From an uncultured Planctomycetaceae bacterium (lineage in GTDB: Bacteria > Planctomycetota > Planctomycetia > Isosphaerales > Isosphaeraceae): a stretch of 64,000 nt of DNA. Below are positions 1 to 9,812 of the stretch, piece by piece (positions within the stretch are counted from its first letter, which is position 1; every line of letters starts with the position of its first letter). The stretch spans positions 928,001 to 992,000 of the forward strand of contig CAWIAD010000001.1 in NCBI GenBank assembly GCA_963833985.1, given 5' to 3'. The translations under genes were made by a program, and so were the position numbers. The notes below the pieces were generated by a model. That model did no database searches and was not told the DNA's origin. It worked only from the letters and a program-made list of their open reading frames with translations.

Positions 1-1
1 G

Positions 2-1117
2 TTCAACACGCTCCAGGTGTACCTTGGCTCGCTCTACGTCAATGACTTCAACCGCTTCGGCCGCACCTGGCAGGTCAACGTGCAGGGCGATGCCGATTTC
101 CGCAGGCAGATCGAGGACCTGGCCGGACTGCGGGTGCGGGGCGAGCGGGGTGGCATGGTACCGCTCGGCACGCTGGCCCAGATCCGCGACGTCAGCGGGC
201 CAGTCATGATCATCCGCTATAACCTCTATCCCTCGGCCACGGTGAACCTGAACACCGCGCCCGGAACCAGCTCCGGCCAGGCACTCAAGATCATGGAGGG
301 GGTCGTCGCCAAGGAACTGCCACAGTCAATGCGTACGGTCTGGACCGAGCTCGCCCTCCTGCAATTGCAGACCGGCAGCACGGCAATGTACGCCTTCACC
401 CTGGCGGTGGTCCTCGTCTTCCTGGTGCTGGCCGCTCAGTTCGAGAGCTGGTCGCTGCCGCTGGCGGTCATCCTCGTCGTGCCCATGTGCTTGCTCTGCT
501 CGACCGTCGGCGTGAACGCCGCCCGCATGGACATCAATATCTTCACACAGGTCGGCTTCATCGTGCTGGTGGGCCTGGCCTGCAAGAACGCGATCCTGAT
601 CGTCGAGTTTGCCAAGAAGCGGCGCGAGTTCGGAGCGCCCCGGCTGGAGGCCACGCTCGACGCCTGCGAGCTGCGGCTACGGCCAATCATCATGACCTCG
701 ATGGCCTTCATCCTCGGCGTCGTGCCGCTGATCACCTCGGTGGGAGCCGGCTCCGAGATGCGCAAGACGCTGGGCATCGCCGTCTTCAGCGGCATGCTCG
801 GCGTGACCCTTTTCGGCATCTTCCTGACGCCCGTCTTCTACTTCGTCATCCAGTGGGTCAGCGACCTCCGCGGCGAGCGCCGGCAGCGGCTTGGTCTGGA
901 CGTCGGCAATGGGCCGGTCCCGGACGGCCACGCGTTCCACGCCGAGCCTGCGGCCGCCAACGGGCATGCCCACGCCACACAGCATGCCCACGCACACGGC
1001 CACGACGGCAACGGACACGCCGGCGAGGGTTCCAGCCCCGATGGCGATGCCGCGGTTCATGCCCCGGCAGACCATGACGGCGAGCCTTACGCCAGGGAAG
1101 CGGAGGTTCGCCACTGA
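2..1117 (+). CDS. RND efflux permease (HAE1, AcrB/MexF-like), C-terminal part, 5' truncated by the window; His-rich C-terminal tail
   Basis: Motifs YLGSLYVNDFNRFGRTWQV, FLVLAAQFESW, GLACKNAILIVEFA, RLRPIIMTSMAFILGVVPL. Confidence 0.93.
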   Translation, partial: FNTLQVYLGSLYVNDFNRFGRTWQVNVQGDADFRRQIEDLAGLRVRGERGGMVPLGTLAQIRDVSGPVMIIRYNLYPSATVNLNTAPGTSSGQALKIMEGVVAKELPQSMRTVWTELALLQLQTGSTAMYAFTLAVVLVFLVLAAQFESWSLPLAVILVVPMCLLCSTVGVNAARMDINIFTQVGFIVLVGLACKNAILIVEFAKKRREFGAPRLEATLDACELRLRPIIMTSMAFILGVVPLITSVGAGSEMRKTLGIAVFSGMLGVTLFGIFLTPVFYFVIQWVSDLRGERRQRLGLDVGNGPVPDGHAFHAEPAAANGHAHATQHAHAHGHDGNGHAGEGSSPDGDAAVHAPADHDGEPYAREAEVRH

Positions 1118-1143
1118 TCCCGCCACCACCGGAGGCGCGGCCC

Positions 1144-2022
1144 ATGAGCCTCATCGACCAGGCGCGCACCAAGGCCGCCTACGACCTCCAGTGGAATCGG
1201 TACCGGATCGTCCGGCCCGAGGAGGATCGCGCGACGTTCCGCAATCGAACCGGGCTGGTTGAGGCGCACCTCGCCGGCAAAGTGGTGCTCGATGCCGGCT
1301 GCGGCATGGGCCGCTACCTGCGGGTTGCCGCCGAGGCCGGCCCTGAGCTCCTGGTGGGCATCGACCTGAGCCGGGCGGTCTCCGCCGCGCGTGACCTGAC
1401 ATCGGGCCTTCCGCGCGTTGTCATCGTCCAGGGCGATCTGCTACGTCCCCCGCTGGCCGAGGGGCGCTTCGACCACATTTACTCGATTGGCGTCATCGAC
1501 CACACACCCGATCCGCGAGCCGCGTTCCTGAGCCTGGCCAGGCTGCTCAAGCCGGGCGGCCGGATCGCGATCTGGATCTATGAGCGGCAGCGTCTCGCCG
1601 TGGAACGGATGATGGACCTTCAGCGCGCCATCTCGACCCGTTTGCCACTCGGGCTGATCACCGTCCTTTCTCGCCTGGCCGCCCCGGTGGGCGGACTGAA
1701 GCGCCGGCTCATGGCCAGCCGCCATCGCCTCGTGGAGCGGTCGGGCGTGGCGCTGCACCTTCTGACCATCGGTGTGTCGATGCACCCCGACCCCGAGGTC
1801 CGGGTCTGCGACACCCTCGACTGGTACGCCCCGCGCTATCTTTCCCGCCACACAAAGGACGACGTCGCCGGCTGGTTCGCCGAGGCCGGCCTGGAGGAGA
1901 TCGAGGACCTGAGCGCGAGCCAGGCCTTCTTCCACCCCGGTCAGGGCCACGGCATCAACCTGGCAGGACGACGGCCGTGCCCCGGCGCCTCCGAACCCGG
2001 CACGCAGCTCGCACGCGACTGA
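1144..2022 (+). CDS. Class I SAM-dependent methyltransferase
   Basis: VLDAGCGMGR motif I; FDHIYSIGVIDHT; LLKPGGRI; GGAGG upstream of the ATG. Confidence 0.85.
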   Translation: MSLIDQARTKAAYDLQWNRYRIVRPEEDRATFRNRTGLVEAHLAGKVVLDAGCGMGRYLRVAAEAGPELLVGIDLSRAVSAARDLTSGLPRVVIVQGDLLRPPLAEGRFDHIYSIGVIDHTPDPRAAFLSLARLLKPGGRIAIWIYERQRLAVERMMDLQRAISTRLPLGLITVLSRLAAPVGGLKRRLMASRHRLVERSGVALHLLTIGVSMHPDPEVRVCDTLDWYAPRYLSRHTKDDVAGWFAEAGLEEIEDLSASQAFFHPGQGHGINLAGRRPCPGASEPGTQLARD

Positions 2023-2074
2023 TGGCTTCCCTCCACGGCAGAACGTACGACCGCGCGTGCACCGTTCGCGCGCC

Positions 2075-2800
2075 TCACACTCGTCGAGCACCCTTCCGTT
2101 GCCAGCCACGACCGGCCGGTGACATGCGGAACAGGACCGCTCCCGCGAGCGCAATGCTGGCCAGCACCAGCCCGGACGGCTCCGGTACAGCCAGCAGGGT
2201 GTACTCGGACGAGACAGTGAGGGTGTCGCCCACAACCACGCCACTCCAGCGGATATCTGGCTTGAGCGTGAGTGTGCGGTTGCCGGCCTTCACCCCGGTC
2301 CAGGTATTCGACTCGTCGGCCCACTTGATCGCCTTGTTCTTCACCGGGCCCTCGAAGCTGGTGCTGTACAGGACGCTGCCATTGGGACCGTTGGCACTTC
2401 CCGAGTCCAACGATCCGCGAATGCTGAAGAAGACGTCGCCGTTGGACGCCGACACGTCTGTGTTGCCGGACGTGGTCAGGACGATGTCCTGGTTCTGGCC
2501 CAGTACACCTATCCGCGCGGCGCTCCATTCAATGTACACCAGTCCGGACTTGCTTCCCTGCGGCAGCGACGAGATCGTGGCCGTCCAGCTGAAGTCCACC
2601 ACCGACAGGCCGTCGGCCAGCTTCTTGAGCTGCGGGTTGTTGCTCGTGAATTTAGCCTCCGTGCCGTCGCCGTAGTAAACCGTCGGCTTGGTGAGGGTGA
2701 TGTTGTTGTTGTCGAAGTTGATGGGGCCGCCCCGCGCGGCGGTGCAGGGCAGGGAGAACAGCAAGGCAATACCGACAAGTCTCAGTTCACGCTGGATCAC
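2075..2800 (-). CDS. PEP-CTERM sorting-domain secreted protein
   Basis: N-terminal signal peptide; C-terminal VPEPSGLVLASIALAGAVLFR plus basic tail; GTG at 2800 preceded by GAGGAG. Confidence 0.8.
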   Translation of the reverse strand: MIQRELRLVGIALLFSLPCTAARGGPINFDNNNITLTKPTVYYGDGTEAKFTSNNPQLKKLADGLSVVDFSWTATISSLPQGSKSGLVYIEWSAARIGVLGQNQDIVLTTSGNTDVSASNGDVFFSIRGSLDSGSANGPNGSVLYSTSFEGPVKNKAIKWADESNTWTGVKAGNRTLTLKPDIRWSGVVVGDTLTVSSEYTLLAVPEPSGLVLASIALAGAVLFRMSPAGRGWQRKGARRV

Positions 2801-3268
2801 GGCGGGCACTCCTCTTGCAAGGGTCGAAAAGTCGGCATTCATCCGAGACCAACGCACTGGCTACGGATCAGGACCTCCTGATGAGGCAAGATGGGAATCG
2901 GAGCCATGGAAACAGGGACACGACCAGTGCGGCGCGATGACGCTTGTTGCACTGCAAGACCGGGTGAGGCCGGTAGACGCCGGTCATCTTAGCGATGGAT
3001 CCTCCGCGAACACAAAAGAAAACCGGTTGCGGGCAGCCGGCATTTTGCACCCACCTCGAGGCACTGGCAGCCCGCGCCGGCTTGACCCTGCCGCATGGGC
3101 GGATCTAAGATGTTACAAGCAAGGACGCCTGGTTGCGCCTGAGGCCGGAGGAGCGACGCGGCGAGACGTCGCAGCCCACACTCACAAAGCCCCTGCACGT
3201 CGGCGCAACGCACCGGGGTCTTCATCACCGTCTTGATTTGTTCTTTCGATAAGCGGAGTCACGCCATC

Positions 3269-4378
3269 ATGTTGCGATGGGTCATCCTGGCTGTGATCGT
3301 GGTCGTGCTGGCCGCGATGGGGACCCTGGTGGTTCAGTACGGGACGGGATCGAGCCCGAGCTGGAGCCTGCCAGCCGGCGGCGACAAGCAAGGCCCGCAG
3401 CCGCGCGCGGAGGTAGAAGGACCACTGACCCACGAGTTCGGCCAGCTCTCCACACAGAAGACTTCCACCAAGCGCTGGAAGGTGAAGAACACTGGCCAGG
3501 GCGACCTCGAGATCTGGCTGCTGGGTTCCACCTGTACCTGCACCATCCCGAAGCTCAAAGGGGAAGGGACGCGAGAGGTGGTCAAGCCCGGCGACTCGAC
3601 CGAGATCGAGCTGGAATGGAAGACCAAGGACATCATCGGCGAGTTCGCCAAGGGGGCGACCATCGGCACCAATGACCCAAGCCGGCCGGAATTCATGCTC
3701 CGGGTCCACGGCATGGTGCACGCGCCGATCGTGGTGCTGCCCGAGCCCCAGGAAGGCGTGGTGGCCGTTGGCGACGTGGAGACCGACCTTGGCCGGGAGA
3801 TGTCCCTGGCGGTTTTCTCACCGGAGCACCCCGAGATGAAGATCATCAAGGCCGTCACCTCCAAACCCGACCTGATCGTGCCGCACCCCACCCCATTCTC
3901 GAAGGAAGAGCTTGAAAAGCTGAAGGTGAAGGGCGGCTACCGACTGAGGCTGGAGTTCAAGCCGGGCCTGCCGGTGGGCAGCTTCCGCGAGGAGCTGGTG
4001 ATCGATAGCAACCACCCCGACCTGCCCCGCAAGACTCTGGTCCTGGCCGGCATGGCGTCCGGCCCGATCAGTGTGATGCCCTCGGTGCTGCGGATGGTGG
4101 CAATCAACGGCAAGCAGGGAGGCTCCGGACAGGTGACCCTCTTGGTGCGCGGAGGCCGGCCCACCAGCTTCACGGTGCTCCGCAAGCCCGAGAAGCTCGA
4201 TGTCGTCTCGGTCACCTCCAACGAATCGGCGAGCGCGAAGGGCCGCTACCGCCTGACTGTCACGGTCGCGCCCGGCACGCCTGCCGGCCTGATCGAGGAT
4301 GAGATCATTCTCAAGACCGATCATCCCCAGGTGAGCGAGCTGAAGGTCCCCGTGAGCATCGTCGTCGGCGCGAGTTGA
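3269..4378 (+). CDS. DUF1573 domain protein (membrane-anchored, Ig-like repeats)
   Basis: N-terminal TM helix; VKNTGQGDLEI...STCTCT...VKPGDSTEIELEW pattern; repeated xTNDP/SNHP/TDHP motifs. Confidence 0.75.
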   Translation: MLRWVILAVIVVVLAAMGTLVVQYGTGSSPSWSLPAGGDKQGPQPRAEVEGPLTHEFGQLSTQKTSTKRWKVKNTGQGDLEIWLLGSTCTCTIPKLKGEGTREVVKPGDSTEIELEWKTKDIIGEFAKGATIGTNDPSRPEFMLRVHGMVHAPIVVLPEPQEGVVAVGDVETDLGREMSLAVFSPEHPEMKIIKAVTSKPDLIVPHPTPFSKEELEKLKVKGGYRLRLEFKPGLPVGSFREELVIDSNHPDLPRKTLVLAGMASGPISVMPSVLRMVAINGKQGGSGQVTLLVRGGRPTSFTVLRKPEKLDVVSVTSNESASAKGRYRLTVTVAPGTPAGLIEDEIILKTDHPQVSELKVPVSIVVGAS

Positions 4379-4469
4379 TTGCTGCCCCCGGTCGACTTCC
4401 AGGCCACGTTCGCGAGCCGGCTGATTCCGGGGTTCGCTCGCTACTCACGCCATGGTCGGCAAAGGTCGC

Positions 4470-5929
4470 TTATTCCCTCACGATCAGGCCCAGTGCGTAC
4501 ACCTCCTTCCCGGCGCGTCCCTGGAGGCCCAGCGGGATCTTGCCGTCGCTGGAGACATTGCGCGGGCTTCCTCCCTTCTCGTCGCCCAGCCACGGCGACT
4601 GGTAAGAATCGGTTGAATCGAGCTTGTCTCCGTCGATCCGCATGAACACCATCTCGAAGCCGTCGACGGTCAGACCGGTGTGCGTGTTGATTGCCCCGAT
4701 GGCGTAGCCTGGCTTCGCCACAGCGGTGGTCTCCGCGCCAGCTTCGTGCCGCGCCGCTCGCCATCGACGAGCCTCTCTCCCTGGCGGTATATCGGCTGGA
4801 TCGAGCTGATCTTGGGGCCGCCGAATCGCGTGATGTAACTGACCCACGCCCCGACGAGAACAGCCCCGGCCGAGCCGATGTCGTGGAACCGATCGCGGTC
4901 ATTCCCGGGGAAGCTGGCGGGCAGTGCAGTCAATCCCTCCGGCAGCGCGCTGGCAGTCGATCCGGCGGCGGCCCCGGCCGTGCTCGAGCCGGTACGGGGT
5001 ACCGTCCGGCTCCTGTTCCTCGTCGCTCCCCTGGCGCCGCGAGCGATTGCCCCGGCGGCGGCTCCCGCCCGCGCGGCTGCCGCCTTTTGCCGGGCCATGC
5101 CGCGGGACGCCGGTGTTGTCGGCGCCGTCGAGTCCTTCATCCCCAGGCGATCCTCGAGCAACTTCTTCACCTCCGGCATTCGATCGTTTCGCACCGACTC
5201 GAACGCCGGGTCGCGAGCGCTCAGCTCCATGACGGCTAGCTTGGAAATGGTCGAGTCTCCCGAGGGTACGCTGAGCCGATAGACGATGAGCGCGGCCTCC
5301 TTCCCGGCCATCACATGCCCAAGCGGCTCGATGCGCTTCGCCGCGGGGTTCAGGAGCATGAGATTCGCGGAGCCGCCCTTCTTCATGGGGCCGGCAAACT
5401 CCTCCGGGATGACCATCTTCCAGGTCTTGCCACTCTTCCGCAACGTGCTCACGTTCAGCCGCACGATATCGGTTTCTCCCAGCTTCATGCGCGATCGGTA
5501 GACCACGTGCGCGGTGTCGTCCCCCTGGGAAATATGGCCGTAGACGTCTATCCGGGTGTTCGCGACCGCGGCCTTCGTGCCGGGGTCGGAAAGCTGCCTG
5601 CGCAGAATGCCGGTGAAGAGCCGCCGTCCATCGAGAGCTTTCAGGTCCTTCACGGTTTTCACGCCCGGAAACGATTGCAGAACCCTGGCCTCGCCAGCTT
5701 TCTGGACAGCCTCGTCGAGCGAGCCGACCACTGCCGCACGGAGCTCTTCGAGCGAGTCTGGATCCATCGCGGCGACGAACTCATCGATGCGGCCATGGTT
5801 CACGGCGTCCAAAGCCTTGCTCACAACAGCCTGGGGCGAGCCCGCCTTGGGCGACGCGGACCAGGCCGAGCTCGAGACAAGCAGCACCAGAAGCGCACCA
5901 CCAGCAACCGAGAAGATCTCTCGCTTCAT
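4470..5929 (-). CDS. Secreted hypothetical protein with a C-terminal beta-rich (possibly jacalin-like) domain; frameshift near 4738
   Basis: Signal peptide; ORF 4670..5929 continues into the 4470..4847 frame (GTKL-G-AETTAVAKPGYAIGAI...GKEVYALGLIV) if one G is restored. Confidence 0.6.
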
Positions 5930-6233
5930 GATCGATGACCCTCGCAGGAGGGACGGTGAACCGACGATTTCCCCCGACGACAGAACAATGAACTGCGGTG
6001 CTCGTCCGGTCGTGGGGCCTCGCGTGGACGTTTCATCTCGTAACGGTCCGTTTCCGCCGTTTCCAGGCCTGCGACCTCATCCGCGCTGCGAGTACGAAAG
6101 GAGCAACATTCATGGCCGCCGGCGTGGTCCGGCCGCATCCGGCCCCTTTCGACGCGGCTGGCGACGGCGTACCATGAGATTGATGCGGAGCCGGCCGGAC
6201 CTTCGGAGTTTCAGCCCCTGGCGAACCCTCGCG

Positions 6234-6734
6234 ATGAGCATCGTCTTGCGTCCCTATCGCACTTCAGACCGGTCGGCCGTCGTCGCTCTCACGGTTGCGG
6301 CCTTTCCCGGTGTGTCGATCGACCACAACATCGACGAACGCCTCGGCGCCATCACGGGCAGGGACTGGCGCTGGCGGAAGGGCCGCGACGTGGAACGCGA
6401 TATCGACGCGCCCGATACAGAGCTGGCGCTCGCGGAGGACGACCGGGACGGGAGTGTGGTCGGCTATGTGACGATGGCGTTCGACCACGAGACGCGCATC
6501 GGCTGGATTCACAACCTGGCCGTCGCGGCCGGTCTGCGCGGGCAGGGGCTGGGGCGGAGGCTTTTGGAGCACGCGCTCGACCGGTTCCCCCACGCCGGCA
6601 TGACGGTGGCCAGGATCGAGACCCTGGAGCAGAATGCGATCGGCCGGCAGCTTTATCCCGCGCTCGGTTTCATCGAGGTTGCCCGGCAGATCCACTTTGC
6701 CATGCCGCTGTTGTCCGGATCCGACGGCGGCTGA
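6234..6734 (+). CDS. GNAT family N-acetyltransferase
   Basis: IHNLAVAAGLRGQGLGRRLL acetyl-CoA motif A; N..GRQLYPALGF motif B. Confidence 0.88.
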   Translation: MSIVLRPYRTSDRSAVVALTVAAFPGVSIDHNIDERLGAITGRDWRWRKGRDVERDIDAPDTELALAEDDRDGSVVGYVTMAFDHETRIGWIHNLAVAAGLRGQGLGRRLLEHALDRFPHAGMTVARIETLEQNAIGRQLYPALGFIEVARQIHFAMPLLSGSDGG

Positions 6735-6778
6735 ATCCCGCTCCGTTTTCCTCTTCATCTCGGTTCCCGGAGAGAGCG

Positions 6779-8029
6779 ATGCGACTTTACCCCACGACGC
6801 TGATTCTCGCGATGGCGGCACTGGCGGCTGGCGTGGCCCCAGCCCCGCCCCTGCACTTTGTCGCGCAGGAGATCGACCCGCATGCCGGCAACGTCTGCTA
6901 CGCGGTGACGGCGGCCGACGTGAACGGAGACGGCAAGCTCGACGTCGTGGCGGTCACCGAGGATGCCGTGCTCTGGTATGAGAACCCTTCCTGGAAGCGG
7001 CACGAGATCATTCGCGGTGGAACCGAGAAGGACAACGTCTGCATCCAGCCGCACGATATCGACGGCGACGGCCGGGTCGATTTTGCGCTGGGCGCGGGCT
7101 GGCGCCCGCCGGATACGGCAAGGCCCAGCACGCTTCAATGGCTCGGCCGCGATCAGGCAGGCCACTGGACAATCCACCCGATCGACTATCACGAACCTGC
7201 ATTGCATCGCCTGCGCTGGGGCGATGTGAAAGGAACCGGCAAGAAACAGCTCGTGGTCGCGCCCTTGCAGGGCAGGGGAACAAAGGGACCGAACTGGGGC
7301 GAAGGGGAGGGGGCGCGCGTGCTGGTCTTTGAGGTTCCCGAGGACCCCACGAGCAAGAACTGGCCGCACGAGACGGCGGAAGACAGCTTGCATACGATCC
7401 ACAATCTGCAACTTCTCGACGTCGATGGCGACCGCCGCGACGAGGTGACGCTGGCCTGCTGGGAGGGCGTGTTCCTGCTCGACCGTGCTCCGGCCGGCAG
7501 GTGGACTCGGACCCTGCTAGGCTCCGGCAACCAGCGATCCGCACCCAGCAAAGGGGCGAGCGAGGTGAAGATCGGCTCGCTGGAAATGGGGTTCCGGTAC
7601 GTCGCGACTATCGAGCCCTGGCACGGCAACCAGGTGGTGGTCTACACCCGCGACGCGACCGCTTACCCCGCCGCCCGCGTGCTCATCGAGCGTGGAGAAG
7701 CCGCGCGGCAGGTCGTCGCCGAGCCGCTGAGCTGGGGGCATGCCGTCTGGTGCGCCAACCTCGACAATGACAAGGACGACGAGCTGATCATCGGCCAGCG
7801 CGACCCGAATCGCGGGGCGGCAACAGGTCCGCGCGGGCCCGGCGTGTTCGTGTTCGATCCCAGGCCCGGAACCTATCCGCCCGTCTTCGACCGCATCACC
7901 GTGGACGACGGCGGCATGGCCTGCGAGGACGCGCTGGCGGCCGACCTCGACGGCGACGGGAAGAGTGAGATCATCGCCGGTGGAAGGGCCACCCATAACG
8001 TGAAGATTTACTGGAATCGTCCGCGCTGA
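6779..8029 (+). CDS. Secreted FG-GAP/VCBS-repeat beta-propeller protein (aldos-2-ulose dehydratase N-terminal-like)
   Basis: Signal peptide; repeated DVNGDGKLD, DIDGDGRVD, DVDGDRRD, DLDGDGKSE; IEPWHGNQVVVY. Confidence 0.75.
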   Translation: MRLYPTTLILAMAALAAGVAPAPPLHFVAQEIDPHAGNVCYAVTAADVNGDGKLDVVAVTEDAVLWYENPSWKRHEIIRGGTEKDNVCIQPHDIDGDGRVDFALGAGWRPPDTARPSTLQWLGRDQAGHWTIHPIDYHEPALHRLRWGDVKGTGKKQLVVAPLQGRGTKGPNWGEGEGARVLVFEVPEDPTSKNWPHETAEDSLHTIHNLQLLDVDGDRRDEVTLACWEGVFLLDRAPAGRWTRTLLGSGNQRSAPSKGASEVKIGSLEMGFRYVATIEPWHGNQVVVYTRDATAYPAARVLIERGEAARQVVAEPLSWGHAVWCANLDNDKDDELIIGQRDPNRGAATGPRGPGVFVFDPRPGTYPPVFDRITVDDGGMACEDALAADLDGDGKSEIIAGGRATHNVKIYWNRPR

Positions 8030-8052
8030 TTCAGGACCGATGGCCATTGCCG

Positions 8053-8895
8053 TCACGCCGCCATCGGCCGTACAAGGCGGGTGCGCACCAGGTTGCCGAA
8101 GCCGTCCACAAGCTGGACGACGAGGAAGATGGCCAGCAGGATGGCGGCCACCTGGCGGTATTGCATGAGTCGAAGCGTGCCAAGCAGCTCAAAGCCGATG
8201 CCTCCTGCACCCACCATCCCCACCACGGTGGATGCCCTGAAGTTCATTTCCCAGCGATAGAGCGTGAAGTCGGCCGCCTGAGCCAGAACCTGGGGAATGA
8301 CGGCAAAGACAATCACATGGAACCGCGAGCCTCCGCACGAGGCCACGGCCTCCATCAACCCCGGCTCGGCCCTCTCGATCGCCTCGCTGTAGAGCTTGCC
8401 CAGCGACCCGACCGAGTGCAGCCCCATCGCCAGGATTCCCGGCAGAATGCCGAAGCCGACCGAGGCCACGAAGATGATCGCCAGCACCAGCTCGGGAATC
8501 GTCCTCAGGAAGTTGAGCATGGATTTGACCAGGACCGCAATCCAGGGATGCGGTGCCGTGGTCCGCGCGGCCAGGAAGCTGAGCGGAAACGCGGCGAGCG
8601 CCGCGAGCAGCGTGGCCATGACGCTCATGGCCACCGTATCCGCCATCGGCTTGCCCAGCGTCGGAATGACCTTCCAGTCCGGCGGCAGCATCTCGCCGAC
8701 CATCGAGCCAAAATTGTGCAGGGCACGCGCGATACCGGAGCCGCCCGCCGTGGCCCGTAGCGTGTAGGCCGCGGAGCCAAGTACCAGGAGCAGAACGACC
8801 AGGGCAATCCACCTCGACTTCAGCCAGCCAACCATGGCAAGCGCAGCGCGGTCGCCGCGACGCGAGGTTGCGGAGAGGGTGCGGTCCGCGCTCAC
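8053..8895 (-). CDS. phnE: Phosphonate/phosphite ABC transporter permease (PhnE/PtxC)
   Basis: RTIPELVLAIIFV..VGFG; GKLYSEAIE; YRWEMNFRASTVVGMVGAGGIG; GTGA overlap with the upstream gene. Confidence 0.92.
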   Translation of the reverse strand: MSADRTLSATSRRGDRAALAMVGWLKSRWIALVVLLLVLGSAAYTLRATAGGSGIARALHNFGSMVGEMLPPDWKVIPTLGKPMADTVAMSVMATLLAALAAFPLSFLAARTTAPHPWIAVLVKSMLNFLRTIPELVLAIIFVASVGFGILPGILAMGLHSVGSLGKLYSEAIERAEPGLMEAVASCGGSRFHVIVFAVIPQVLAQAADFTLYRWEMNFRASTVVGMVGAGGIGFELLGTLRLMQYRQVAAILLAIFLVVQLVDGFGNLVRTRLVRPMAA

Positions 8896-9812
8896 CGCGT
8901 CTTCTCCAGGTCGATGTCCAGGAGTTTGACCATCGTGCGGACCACGTCGTAGTCCTGATCTTTGACCGCGGCGAATCCCTCGGCCTTGAGCGGTTTCAGG
9001 ACGGCGGGGTCCTTGAGCGTGAGGAAGGCGGTCCTGATCTCGGCTTGCAGGCCCGCATCAAGATCGTCGCGGAGGACCCAGGGATAGTTCGGGCAGGGGT
9101 CGGACTCGGCGAGAATCCTGATCTTGTCGCGGTGGATCGTGCCTTGCTCGAGGAGTGACTCCAGGATGGGCCGACTGAGACCGCCGGCCTGAGCGTTGCC
9201 GTTCTGGACGTTGACGGCGACCGCGTCGTGGGCTCCCACGAAGACCTCCTTGTAATCTTGCCCCGCTTTGAGCTTGCCGAGGGTCAGGAGCATCGTCTTG
9301 GGGATGAGGTGGCTGGACGTGGATGCCGGATCTCCAAAAGCCACTGTCTTCCCCTTGAGATCCTCGATGCGTTCGACGCTCTGGCCGGCCCCGGCGATGA
9401 GCACGGCCCGGTAGGTGGGTGACCCTCCCTCAACCTTGGCCGCGAACGGAATGGCTGCGGGCATTCGCTGCTTGAGCAGCACATAAGAAAGGGGGCCGAA
9501 GTAGCCAACGTCGATCTGCCCGTGACGCATGGCTTCGATCATCGACGAGTAGTCCGTGGTGACCACCAGCTCGATCGGCCGTTTCAGGGCCGATTCCAGG
9601 TATCCACGCAACGGCTCATTCTTCCTGATGATGCTCGCGGGCGACTCGTCCGGCAGCAGGGCGAACCTGAGAGGGACCGTGGAATCCGTGCCGGCCCCCG
9701 GTGCCGCACCGCCGCGCCCGGCGGCCGGGTCGGGGCCTCCGCCGCAGCCGGCAAGAACACAGATGGCCCAGCCCAGCAAGAGCCCACGAACTGGCAAAGT
9801 CACTGGAATCAT
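8892..9812 (-). CDS. phnD: Phosphite/phosphonate ABC substrate-binding lipoprotein (PtxB-like member of the PhnD family)
   Basis: Lipobox LAGC; ALLPDE, TTDYSSMIEAMR, YFGPLSYV, ASTSSHLIPK, HDAVAVNV, PNYPW, which closely resemble PtxB as I recall it. Confidence 0.9.
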   Translation of the reverse strand: MIPVTLPVRGLLLGWAICVLAGCGGGPDPAAGRGGAAPGAGTDSTVPLRFALLPDESPASIIRKNEPLRGYLESALKRPIELVVTTDYSSMIEAMRHGQIDVGYFGPLSYVLLKQRMPAAIPFAAKVEGGSPTYRAVLIAGAGQSVERIEDLKGKTVAFGDPASTSSHLIPKTMLLTLGKLKAGQDYKEVFVGAHDAVAVNVQNGNAQAGGLSRPILESLLEQGTIHRDKIRILAESDPCPNYPWVLRDDLDAGLQAEIRTAFLTLKDPAVLKPLKAEGFAAVKDQDYDVVRTMVKLLDIDLEKTR

